Shown here: in pieces, positions 19,780-28,849 of the stretch
Position numbering within the stretch: the first letter of the stretch is position 1
Layout of the letters: every line of letters starts with the position of its first letter
Source: Verrucomicrobiota bacterium
Lineage (GTDB): Bacteria > Verrucomicrobiota > Verrucomicrobiia > Limisphaerales > JACDHS01
Reading direction: 5' to 3'
Length of the DNA stretch: 64,000 nt
Assembly: GCA_013820875.1 (NCBI GenBank)
Contig: JACDHS010000004.1
Location: forward strand, 20,563 to 84,562
The notes under the pieces: model-generated
Databases searched by the model: none
Told to the model about the DNA's origin: nothing
The model's input: only the letters and a program-made list of their open reading frames with translations
Translations under genes and position numbers: made by a program

Positions 19780-20643
19780 TTAAGCTTTGCCGATCAGAAT
19801 GCCGAGCATGCCCATGCCATACATTCCACAAATCATTTTGGCGCGAAACCGGAGTTGGCCATACATCTCGCTGCTGTTGGTGCGCTTATAGAAAGCCACC
19901 AGGGACAAAAGCAGCAGCAACAGGTTGAACACAGACCACCCGGCAAACACCGGCGAAATTACGGTCTGCCATGCCAACAGTATGGAATAAGCGATAAGGC
20001 ATCCAAGCGATGCAACCGCCAGCAGCATCGTTCTCCGTTCTCCATGAACCAGGGCCAGGGTGGGAAAACCCTTGATGCGGTCGGCTTCCATATGCGCCAG
20101 AACATGAATGAGTTCAAGGGGAAGGTACAGACCAAAAATGAAGAGCCCCATCAAGGCTTCTCCGCCTGACACATGATTGTCGAGACTCGAACCCGCCAAA
20201 AAGAATAACCCGAATCCCAGTGAGTTAAGGAACAATCGCCAAAACAGTCTTCGCTTTAAAACAAACGGCGGCGCGGAATGAAGCCAGACCGTCACCGCAA
20301 GCAAAGAAACGATTGCGAACGTGGTGAACGAAATCATCCAGGCGACACCGAGCGAAAAGATCAGAAAGGCATAGATACATCGCATCATCTCGCGAGTAGT
20401 TGTTTCATCCCCGGCGACCTTCTCTTTGATCTCATCGAAAAATTCGTTCAATGAATAGCCGTAAGCAAGACAGAGGCAGGAGAGGACGAGACTGGCTCCA
20501 ATGAACGACCAGCTTCTGCCCAGGAAATCATCGGCAAAGAATGCTCCCAGCAAAAAGACGCCGTTTTGGACGGACCAGTCTTTGATGCGCAATAGCTGCA
20601 CGCCGTATCTGAGTTTTTGCGGCATTGGGATGGCAGAGTTCAT
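19780..20643 (-). CDS. UbiA-family prenyltransferase
   Basis: Multi-TM; NEFFD, SAPPFVLK, ADRIKGFPT motifs. Confidence 0.82.
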   Translation of the reverse strand: MNSAIPMPQKLRYGVQLLRIKDWSVQNGVFLLGAFFADDFLGRSWSFIGASLVLSCLCLAYGYSLNEFFDEIKEKVAGDETTTREMMRCIYAFLIFSLGVAWMISFTTFAIVSLLAVTVWLHSAPPFVLKRRLFWRLFLNSLGFGLFFLAGSSLDNHVSGGEALMGLFIFGLYLPLELIHVLAHMEADRIKGFPTLALVHGERRTMLLAVASLGCLIAYSILLAWQTVISPVFAGWSVFNLLLLLLSLVAFYKRTNSSEMYGQLRFRAKMICGMYGMGMLGILIGKA

Positions 20644-20664
20644 TGGAAAATCTTCGATCAGGAC

Positions 20665-22914
20665 TTAATTACTTCGAAACGGCTGCCCGGACAGATACAG
20701 GCTGAGGCGGGAACGCATTTGAGAGGACAATTGTTCCTCATTCAGGGCTTGGGCGAGCGACGCTGCCTCTTCCACTGTTTTAATGGCTTCCGGAAATCGG
20801 CCAGCTTCAGCGTACGCAGCAGCAAGCAGATCCAAAAATCTTGGATTATTTCCACCTCCAATGGCACAAGCGCGTTCCGCCAAAACGACAGCTTCGCGGC
20901 CATTGCGAAGGTTTGCGTTATAATCTGTCGCCAGAGCCCATGCCAGGTTGGCAATCACAGGCACCGTATCTGGTTGCATTGCAAGAATCTGCCGCCACTG
21001 CTCGATCGCCGCGGCTTTGTTGTTCAGTTGTGCCTGAACTTCTGCGAGGCCAAAGCGGGCGTCGATATACTTCGGACTCAAGTGAACAGCTTCCTTGTAA
21101 TGAACCAAAGCAGCATCCAGTTTTCCTTCGCTGAACAGAAGTTGTCCCAGCTTGGTGTGGGCGAAGCTATCCGCTGGCACCCGGCGGATTCTCTCTTGAA
21201 ATGTTTCGATTGCCTTCGTGGTTTGGCCTGTCTCGACCAGCAATTGCATGAAGTTGGCAAAAAATATTGCATCGCCCGGAGCGAGCTGAACGGCGCGATG
21301 AAAAGAAGAAATGGCTTCATTGGTTCTACCCAGCGTAATCAAGGCCACCCCGAGATTGTTATGTGCTTTAAAATCGCCGGCATCCACCTTGATCGCTTCG
21401 AAATAGTGGCCGATGGATTCCTCAGTTTTGCCCAAAGCAAACAACGCTCTGCCCACGTTCACATGCACCATGCTGAGGTTGTCGCGCCGTTTCAAAGCTT
21501 CTCGGAAATGTTGCAATGCTTCGTTATATTCTCCGCGCTCGAAAAGAATCCCGGCCAGATTGTTGTGAGCTGCCCATGAAGCAGGATTTCTCTCGATGTT
21601 ATCTCTCCAGAGTGCTTCCGGATTCGCCATCCTGCTCTGGTGTGTCCATGAAAGCGCAGCCAAAGGGACAGCTAAAACCATAAAGACGATTGCCGGCACA
21701 AACCTGTGCTGCTGTTTCGACATCACGCGGTTCAACCCATGGCAACCACCAGCCACGACCAGGGCAATTGTGCCGGGTAGAGCAAGATACTGAAAATGAT
21801 CTGCCACAGGCGCCATCACCAAAAACGCCATGTTGATCACTCCAATGGTGGGCCCAAGAGCCAACACAAAATAGCCAAGTCCAAACAAACAAGCGCGTCC
21901 CCATGTTTGGCGGTATTTCCAAAAGAGGAAAAACATACCGACGATGGCCAGCGCCGGGAGATACGCCACGGGAGAAGTGACACTCACAACCCAGCGCGGA
22001 TAATGCATCGTCAAACCGACGGGCAGGATGTCTTTGCCAAGGTAGAACCAAAAAGCGCGCCCTGCCGTCAAGGTGCGGATCAGCAGGTTGTCCTCCGTCG
22101 AAAGCACCCCGAATTTGGGGGCGTAATAGTGGTGCGCCACTAATGTTGCTATTCCCGCAGCCAGGGCAAACCCGAAGAAAGGAGCCACACGAATGAGCGT
22201 TGCCCGTTCGATTTTTCCACGTTGCCACCAGGCGCATAACAACAGCACGACCGGCAAAATGACCACTGAGGACTTGCTTAAAAGGCCAAAAAGGAAAAAT
22301 ACGAATGACAGCCAGTAAAAACCTCCTAACTGAACCTTCGCCGGGAACGAAGAACGAGACGCTACTTGATGGGACGGTTCTGATCGCAGGTAGAACAACA
22401 AACTGAGCAGGTAGAAGAACATGGATAATGTATTCTTCCTCTCCGCCAACCAGGTCACAGACGCTATGCAGACCGGATGCATCGCAAAAAGGGCCGCAAT
22501 GACCCACGAACCCGGCACGCCAAGTCGCAGCAGGATTCTCCATAACAACACTGCATTTAGCGCCTGGAGAACGACATTGGTTGCATGCTGTATTTCTTTC
22601 ATCGCACCATGCACCTGCCATTCGATCCAGAACGTCGTCGCCGTCAGTGGAACAAAGTCTCCAAAGCGTGTGCTGAACCAAATGTCACGCAGCCCGCGCC
22701 ATCCTTCCTTCAACAACGGGTTCGCGGCGATGACGTCATCGTCCCAGATGAAACCTGCTTTGTAGGTGGGAATATAAACCAGGAAAGTGAGCAGCAGCAG
22801 GGCCAGGACGCCTGTCCATGTCTCGCGTCGCGAGAGAAAGTGCGACGGCGTTTTCGCCACAGGCAAAGAAATTGGTTTGGAAGTTTTTCGATGCATTCTC
22901 AGGGGTGCAGCCAT
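20665..22914 (-). CDS. TMTC-like GT-C membrane glycosyltransferase with C-terminal TPRs
   Basis: FIWDDD, FAMHP..ASVTWLAERK, ADHFQYL, TPR repeats (AHNNL). Confidence 0.85.
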   Translation of the reverse strand: MAAPLRMHRKTSKPISLPVAKTPSHFLSRRETWTGVLALLLLTFLVYIPTYKAGFIWDDDVIAANPLLKEGWRGLRDIWFSTRFGDFVPLTATTFWIEWQVHGAMKEIQHATNVVLQALNAVLLWRILLRLGVPGSWVIAALFAMHPVCIASVTWLAERKNTLSMFFYLLSLLFYLRSEPSHQVASRSSFPAKVQLGGFYWLSFVFFLFGLLSKSSVVILPVVLLLCAWWQRGKIERATLIRVAPFFGFALAAGIATLVAHHYYAPKFGVLSTEDNLLIRTLTAGRAFWFYLGKDILPVGLTMHYPRWVVSVTSPVAYLPALAIVGMFFLFWKYRQTWGRACLFGLGYFVLALGPTIGVINMAFLVMAPVADHFQYLALPGTIALVVAGGCHGLNRVMSKQQHRFVPAIVFMVLAVPLAALSWTHQSRMANPEALWRDNIERNPASWAAHNNLAGILFERGEYNEALQHFREALKRRDNLSMVHVNVGRALFALGKTEESIGHYFEAIKVDAGDFKAHNNLGVALITLGRTNEAISSFHRAVQLAPGDAIFFANFMQLLVETGQTTKAIETFQERIRRVPADSFAHTKLGQLLFSEGKLDAALVHYKEAVHLSPKYIDARFGLAEVQAQLNNKAAAIEQWRQILAMQPDTVPVIANLAWALATDYNANLRNGREAVVLAERACAIGGGNNPRFLDLLAAAYAEAGRFPEAIKTVEEAASLAQALNEEQLSSQMRSRLSLYLSGQPFRSN

Positions 22915-23115
22915 TATGCAGGGAAAGCCCTATCATATGCAATCTTCTATGCCGTTCGTCGTAAGTATCCAGCTCGGAAGCGTTGTTGTGGGCGAAGCAT
23001 CAGCCGCAACGCGTGAGATTGTTTGTGCATTTATCGGAAGCTCTAAAGCGCTGCATCCCATCTTATGACCGCTCCGGCGGATGCTTCCCACAAACCCAAC
23101 AGAGATAGGACGCGG

Positions 23116-24363
23116 TTACGCCGCGCTCCGTCCCAAACGACCATCCGCCCGGCTTCGGTCATAAGCGCAGCAGACCTCTTCGAATACCTGATCCACTGTG
23201 ATCTGTTGCATGCAAAGGTTGTTGGTGCAACGGGTTTGCCGATTGTTGTAGGCATTCACACAAGGACTGCACGCGATGCCAGCCCAGACAGGAGTGTTGC
23301 GCGGAGTCGGCGCAGCAAACAGTCGGGGGGTCTCCGGTCCGAAAAGAGTTACAACCTGGATCGCAGTCAGCGCGGCAAAGTGAGCAGGCCCACTGTCATT
23401 GGTGACCAAAACCCTCGCCAGCGAATAGGCAATGAGCAATTGACGCAGGGTAGTTTTTCCGGCCAATGAAAAACAGCGGGCGGAGCCTACATCCTTCACG
23501 AGAGCTTCCGCTGCTTCGACTTCGTTCGGGGCACCCGTGAAACCAACGTATGCGCCTGGATACTTCAGCAGCAGTCGCCTGGCGAGCTGGACATAGCGTT
23601 GCATCTCCCAGCGACGCAGCGGAAGCAGATCGCTGGCGTTCGGATTTAACAACAGGATCGGCGGGAGTTCGCCTTGACCTGTTTCACTGGCCAACAACTC
23701 GCGAACCACTTCAATTTCCAAAGGTGCGGCAACAAACCTCGGCAATTCTTCGCCCAACGGCGGCGGGGGCACTGGCAACGTTGGCAATTGTTCCCGCGGG
23801 TGACGAAGCGCTTCGACCAGCAATTGGAACATTTGCGCCGTGTGAAGGTACGGATTGTAAAGCAACCGGTGTGTGAACAGGTCACCGCGATAAGGCCCCG
23901 CTCCAAAAAACGCATGAAACCCAACGCGCAGTTTGGCGCCAGTCAAAAGCGTGAACGCGGCGGACCCGCGAGCAAAAAATTCCATGTCGATCGCAGCATC
24001 GAGTTTCAGCTTTTGCAGACGGACCAGCGCTTTGCCGGCGGAACGTGTCAAAACAGCGGGGCTGCTGTAGGTAATGGGAACGACATTTTCTTCTGGAATA
24101 AGACCGAGAGCATCCAAAATGAACCGGTTGTCATCGAAGCAGGCGACATAAACATTTTCACGTCCGACCATTTCCGTTGCCACGCGAATCGCTGAATAGG
24201 CGAGAACCGTGGAGCCCTGCTCCGCGAGTTTCACAAACAAGATCCGGCGCAGAGGTGGAGGAGAAAACGTTTTCCGACCAAATAATTTTCGAAAAACCGT
24301 TAAGCCAAAGCACAGCGGCACGCCAATATAGCGGTCAATCTTCTGGAGTGCGGCGACTTTCAT
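23116..24363 (-). CDS. Glycosyltransferase family 9 (heptosyltransferase-like)
   Basis: LAGKTTL, VTNDSGPAHFA, LFGP, CSPC. Confidence 0.92.
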   Translation of the reverse strand: MKVAALQKIDRYIGVPLCFGLTVFRKLFGRKTFSPPPLRRILFVKLAEQGSTVLAYSAIRVATEMVGRENVYVACFDDNRFILDALGLIPEENVVPITYSSPAVLTRSAGKALVRLQKLKLDAAIDMEFFARGSAAFTLLTGAKLRVGFHAFFGAGPYRGDLFTHRLLYNPYLHTAQMFQLLVEALRHPREQLPTLPVPPPPLGEELPRFVAAPLEIEVVRELLASETGQGELPPILLLNPNASDLLPLRRWEMQRYVQLARRLLLKYPGAYVGFTGAPNEVEAAEALVKDVGSARCFSLAGKTTLRQLLIAYSLARVLVTNDSGPAHFAALTAIQVVTLFGPETPRLFAAPTPRNTPVWAGIACSPCVNAYNNRQTRCTNNLCMQQITVDQVFEEVCCAYDRSRADGRLGRSAA

Positions 24364-24582
24364 GGGTGAAAAGCCAGATTATAGGAAAACCCGTAGGCAT
24401 CAAAGTTTTTCGTGACCCGCCCAGGCAGAGGGGGTGATTTTAGAACGGTTGGAATGGGCGCGCTTGAGCGCAAACGGAGCGCTTCGTTCAGCTCCACCAG
24501 GTTTGCGTTCGCCTCGCCCGTGAGCAGCAAGCGATAAAACGACATCGGGAGGGTAAAACTTTGATATCGCGGTTCCAACCAG

Positions 24583-24695
24583 CGGCGCGCACGGAGTGCG
24601 ACGCCCTACCTTTTGAATTTGCGACAGACGAGCTGTAAACTGTGGGATTGACGATAAATGCGGAAAGGTAGGGCGCGTCACTCCTGTGCTCGCCG
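24583..24695. repeat. Inverted pair of GTAG-type REP-like elements
   Basis: CGGCGCGCACGGAGTGCGACGCCCTACC (24583-24610) and GGTAGGGCGCGTCACTCCTGTGCTCGCCG (24667-24695). Confidence 0.8.
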
Positions 24696-24821
24696 TTCAT
24701 AGGTAATGTTGGAACGACTGGATTCCCTGTAACAACGGCGACGAAACCTGCCCCGACCCGTAAAACCCTCCCATTCTTACGTTTACAAAGACCAAAACCG
24801 GAAAAATCACCAGTTTTCCCA

Positions 24822-25187
24822 CGTAACCGAGACCAAATCCGTTCGGATCGGGTCTCGGTTAGCGTAACCGAGAGGCAATCCGTTCGGATCGGGACTCGGT
24901 TAGCGTAACCGAGAGGCAATCCGTTCGGATCGGGACTCGGTTAGCGTAACCGAGAGGCAATCCGTCCGGATCGGGTCTCGGTTAGCGTAACCGAGAGGCA
25001 ATCCGTCCGGATCGGGTCTCGGTTAGCGTAACCGAGAGGCAATCCGTTCGGATCGGGTCTCGGTTAGCGTAACCGAGAGGCAATCCGCCCGGATCGGGTC
25101 TCGGTTAGCGTAACCGAGAGGCAATCCGCCCGGATCGGGTCTCGGTTAGCGTAACCGAGGGGCAATCCGTTCGGATCGGGTCTCGGT
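24822..25187. repeat. 41-bp double-hairpin tandem repeat, 8 full copies plus partials
   Basis: AATCCGTTCGGATCGGGTCTCGGTTAGCGTAACCGAGAGGC starting at 24836, 24877 ... 25164. Confidence 0.98.
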
Positions 25188-25544
25188 AATCTTCGTCGGG
25201 AGGCATTTAGTTGGTCGCGAGGATGTCGTCGCCCGACGGAAGCAAGATACTGGACGTCTGTTTCGCATTGAGTGAACTCAATGCCTCGCGCAAAACTTCG
25301 CAGTGCAGAACCCCGAACCATTTTTCCTCTGACCCTCGGTCGAAAAGCGCTTCTAAACAATTTTACTCGGCCAAAAGTCTGTTGAAATCCCGGGCTTAAT
25401 CACATCGATGAGACCGACCGACCGAGTTCGGCTTGATGTGACGTCAGCAAATGGTTTGACTCATCGTGAGCAAAAGCACCGATAGCGTAGATAGCATCAG
25501 GGCAGCTTGAGAGAAAAACGCTGGACGGTTCAAAATCATTCCGT

Positions 25545-25841
25545 ATGAAAAATACATTATTCGCATTATTCGCAGCACTGGCCCTGGTTGGTTGCAGTGA
25601 AGAAAAACAAGCAATCGATAACAGTGCTGAAACCACTAAAGAAGCTCTCGAACAACAGCAGGAAGCTGTGAACGAAGCGGCAGGCGCAGCCAAGGATCAG
25701 GCTGAATACAACGCCGACATCGAGAAAGCTCGGGTCGAGGCGCAACGAGAAGCCAGCGAGGCACAACTGAAAGCAGATAAAGCGAAAGTTGACGCGCAGG
25801 CTGATTACGAAAAGTCCAAAGTGGATGCAACGAATCCATAA
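25545..25841 (+). CDS. Small Ala/Glu/Lys-rich lipoprotein
   Basis: Lipobox LVGC, coiled-coil-like body. Confidence 0.85.
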   Translation: MKNTLFALFAALALVGCSEEKQAIDNSAETTKEALEQQQEAVNEAAGAAKDQAEYNADIEKARVEAQREASEAQLKADKAKVDAQADYEKSKVDATNP

Positions 25842-25852
25842 CGCGCTTCTCA

Positions 25853-25880
25853 AAGCGGCTCAGGTTCATCGCGAGCCGCT
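25853..25880 (+). terminator. Hairpin after the lipoprotein gene
   Basis: AGCGGCTC...GAGCCGCT stem; no clear U tract. Confidence 0.4.
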
Positions 25881-26070
25881 GCTCAGTTCTGGATCAAACG
25901 GCTATTGGCTTTCGCTTACGGAACCAAGCGAATAGCCGGTATGCCGCTCGATCACGAAGATTCATAATCAAAAGAGCCACCTGGTCGCCACACCTGCTCA
26001 GGTATCGCCCCGAAGCGCTTTTCAGAATTGCCTCTTATAGACCTCCCATTTTTCTGAACGAATTTGAGGC

Positions 26071-26154
26071 ATGGAAAATATTGGGTATTGGATGTTGGGA
26101 GCGGGCGTTCTGCTGCTGGTGGTGGCGCTGATATTAAAGCGCTCAAGGGCTTGA
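26071..26154 (+). CDS. Putative 27-aa single-TM small protein
   Basis: MENIGYWMLGAGVLLLVVALILKRSRA*; GAGG just upstream. Confidence 0.45.
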   Translation: MENIGYWMLGAGVLLLVVALILKRSRA

Positions 26155-26460
26155 TTGCAGTAGTAGTCGCGCTGACACGCTAACAGAGCGCAGGCGTCAG
26201 TTCACTCCGGCGGACAGATGCCCTCGTTCTTTTTTTTCAAGGGAGGAATTGCCCGCGAAGCAATCGGGGAGAATTGAGAAATGAAAATTGGGGTGACGCC
26301 GGGCGCGTTAGAGCGGTCGTAGTTGAATTTTGCAATTCGCAATTCCCTCAATGCCGTTACTCAACTTTCTTGGTGTTTCGTCACAATCCTTCCCACTTTC
26401 TTGGGGACAAAAAACAGAAAAACCTTCCCTGCCTGCGATTTTTCCTGACAATCCGCGGCG

Positions 26461-27753
26461 ATGAAACTTCTCGTCATTGGCTCCGGCGGACGCGAGCACG
26501 CTTTGGTTTGGAAATTGGCTCAATCACAGCATGCCACAAAAATGTGGTGCGCTCCCGGCAATCCCGGGATCGCCCTGGAACGCCTCGCTAAAAATCAAAG
26601 CGCAGTGGAGTGCGTCCATATCGGCGCGGAGAATCTCCCCGGCTTGCTGGCTTTCGCGCTGGAAAACAAACCCGACCTGACCGTGGTCGGTCCCGACAAT
26701 CCGCTCGCGCTCGGCATCGTGGATTCATTCCAGGAAAACGGTCTGCGCATCTGGGGCCCGAACAAACGCGCGGCGCAGTTCGAATATTCGAAAGTGTTTT
26801 CGCAGGAGTTCATGGAGAAATATGGAATTCCAACAGCCCGGGCCGGGACTTTTTCAGATCCCATGCTGGCGAAAGAATTCGCGGCATCGCTGGAGGGACG
26901 TTGCGCTGTGAAAGCCGATGGTCTCGCCCTGGGAAAAGGTGTCGTGGTCTGCACGAATGTCGCTGCTGCCGATGCCGCCATAGATGATATGCTGCTGAAC
27001 AAAGCGTTCGGAGCGGCAGGCGCAACGATTGTTATCCAGGAATTTCTCGAAGGAATGGAAATCTCGTTGCACGCTCTCTGTGACGGCAAAACCGCCAAGC
27101 TGTTTCCTACGTCACAGGATCACAAACGCATTTTTGAAGACGACCAGGGCCCGAACACCGGCGGGATGGGCGCTTATTCGCCGACACCTTTTTTAAATGA
27201 AACAGAATTGGCGGAAGTCGGCCGGCAGGTTTTGTATCCATGGCTCAAAGGGTGCGCGGCGGAAGGCATCGATTTTCGTGGCATTCTTTACCCGGGAATC
27301 ATGCTGACCAAAAGCGGCCCCAAAGTAATCGAATTCAACGCCCGGTTCGGCGACCCGGAAGCGCAGATATACCTGACGCGCCTTGAGAATGATCTGGTGG
27401 AAGTTCTGAACGCGAGTGTGGATGGCACATTGGACCAGGTTGATCTGCGCTGGAAACCGGGCGCGGCCGTTTGTGTGGTAATGGCGTCTGGCGGCTACCC
27501 GGCGAGTTCTACAAAGGGGAAAGTGATTTCGGGGTTGGAGGAGTCCGCGCGTTTACCAAACACTAAAATATTCCACGCCGGGACCGCGAGTGTGGATGGG
27601 AACATTGTGACGAACGGCGGGCGCGTTCTCGGTGTCACATCGTGGGCCGAAGATTTGGCGAAAGCGCGTGATGCAGCCTATGCAGCAGTCGCAAAAATTG
27701 AATTCGACGGGGCACAGTTTAGACGCGATATTGCCGCCAAAGCTTTAGCGTAA
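26461..27753 (+). CDS. purD: Phosphoribosylamine-glycine ligase
   Basis: GSGGREHAL, KADGLALGKGV, QDHKR, GPNTGGMGAY, EFNARFGDPE. Confidence 0.98.
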   Translation: MKLLVIGSGGREHALVWKLAQSQHATKMWCAPGNPGIALERLAKNQSAVECVHIGAENLPGLLAFALENKPDLTVVGPDNPLALGIVDSFQENGLRIWGPNKRAAQFEYSKVFSQEFMEKYGIPTARAGTFSDPMLAKEFAASLEGRCAVKADGLALGKGVVVCTNVAAADAAIDDMLLNKAFGAAGATIVIQEFLEGMEISLHALCDGKTAKLFPTSQDHKRIFEDDQGPNTGGMGAYSPTPFLNETELAEVGRQVLYPWLKGCAAEGIDFRGILYPGIMLTKSGPKVIEFNARFGDPEAQIYLTRLENDLVEVLNASVDGTLDQVDLRWKPGAAVCVVMASGGYPASSTKGKVISGLEESARLPNTKIFHAGTASVDGNIVTNGGRVLGVTSWAEDLAKARDAAYAAVAKIEFDGAQFRRDIAAKALA

Positions 27754-27771
27754 GCTTTCATTCTAAAATCA

Positions 27772-28845
27772 ATGAACATCGTTTTCCTCCGCCGACTCCA
27801 AAAGCAGATTTTTATCTTGTCCCTCACGTTCGCCGCGACCTTTTGTGCGTTGGCGCAGGCAAATCAAACTCCCTCTTTCGAGGCTGTTTACAAACTGTTG
27901 CAAGAAAATGTGACTGGCCTCAGCAGTGAAGAACTGAACGCCGCCGTCTTGCGCGGTCTGCTGTCGGAATTGGAGGGACAGGTCTCACTCGTGACCAATG
28001 CTGCTGCAGAAGTATCGGCAGGCAGCAACCTGGTGAGCAAGACTGCGATCTTTGAAAAATCATTCGCTTACCTTCGCATTGCCCGGATTGAAAGCGGGTT
28101 GAGCGAGAAAATTGCCGAACAATACAAACAACTCACCGGCACCAATAAATTCAAGGGAGTGATTCTTGACCTGCGTTTTGCAGCGGGCGACGACTACTCC
28201 GCCGCTGCGAAGACGGCCGATCTGTTTATCAGCACTGAGCAGCCGCTCATCCATTGGGGAGAAAATTCACTCTCTGCGAGCGCGAAGACCATGGCGATTT
28301 CCGTTCCGTGCGCCATCCTGATCAACAGCCGCACTCGTGGAGCAGCCGAAGCCCTGGCGGCTGCGCTCCGTGAGACGAGAGTGGGATTGTTGATCGGCGC
28401 CAATACCGCCGGGCAGGCGAGTGTGTTTAAAGAATTTCCTTTCGCCGACGGACAGGTGCTCCGCATCGCCTCTTCACCGGTGAAAGTTGGAAAAAACAAG
28501 GTGCTGGATGCCAACGGATTGAAACCCGACATTCAATTGGAGATCAGCCTCGCCAACGAGCGAGCGTATTTGCAGGATCCATATCAAATTATATCCCGCC
28601 CCGTTGACCAGGTCAGCCTGACCTTGAATACCAACGAGACGCCATCCATAGAACCGAACCGGCCGCGTATCAACGAAGCCGAACTGGTTCGTCGCAAACG
28701 GGAAGGCCTGAGCACCGACGAAGAATTCCTCGATCAACAACCGGGGAATGCCGTTGAAATCCGAGTCATTCGAGATCCCGCGCTGGCCCGCGCGCTTGAT
28801 TTGTTAAAGGGACTGGCGCTGATCAAAGCCAACAGGGGGATTTAG
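27772..28845 (+). CDS. S41 (tail-specific) peptidase-like protein with altered catalytic motifs
   Basis: ILDLR, LIN..T.GAAE, IG.NTAG, GLKPD, DPALARA. Confidence 0.8.
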   Translation: MNIVFLRRLQKQIFILSLTFAATFCALAQANQTPSFEAVYKLLQENVTGLSSEELNAAVLRGLLSELEGQVSLVTNAAAEVSAGSNLVSKTAIFEKSFAYLRIARIESGLSEKIAEQYKQLTGTNKFKGVILDLRFAAGDDYSAAAKTADLFISTEQPLIHWGENSLSASAKTMAISVPCAILINSRTRGAAEALAAALRETRVGLLIGANTAGQASVFKEFPFADGQVLRIASSPVKVGKNKVLDANGLKPDIQLEISLANERAYLQDPYQIISRPVDQVSLTLNTNETPSIEPNRPRINEAELVRRKREGLSTDEEFLDQQPGNAVEIRVIRDPALARALDLLKGLALIKANRGI

Positions 28846-28849
28846 AGAA

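Noticed and set aside
20617-21579. Long antisense ORFs (e.g. 20617-21579, 14452-15357, 4856-5671)
   Set aside because: Shadows of well-supported genes on the opposite strand
24822-25187. CRISPR array (also considered for the other four arrays)
   Set aside because: Units are contiguous with no unique spacers, and no cas genes are in the window
25850-26460. Purine/ZTP riboswitch upstream of purD
   Set aside because: Hairpins are present but no recognisable aptamer consensus
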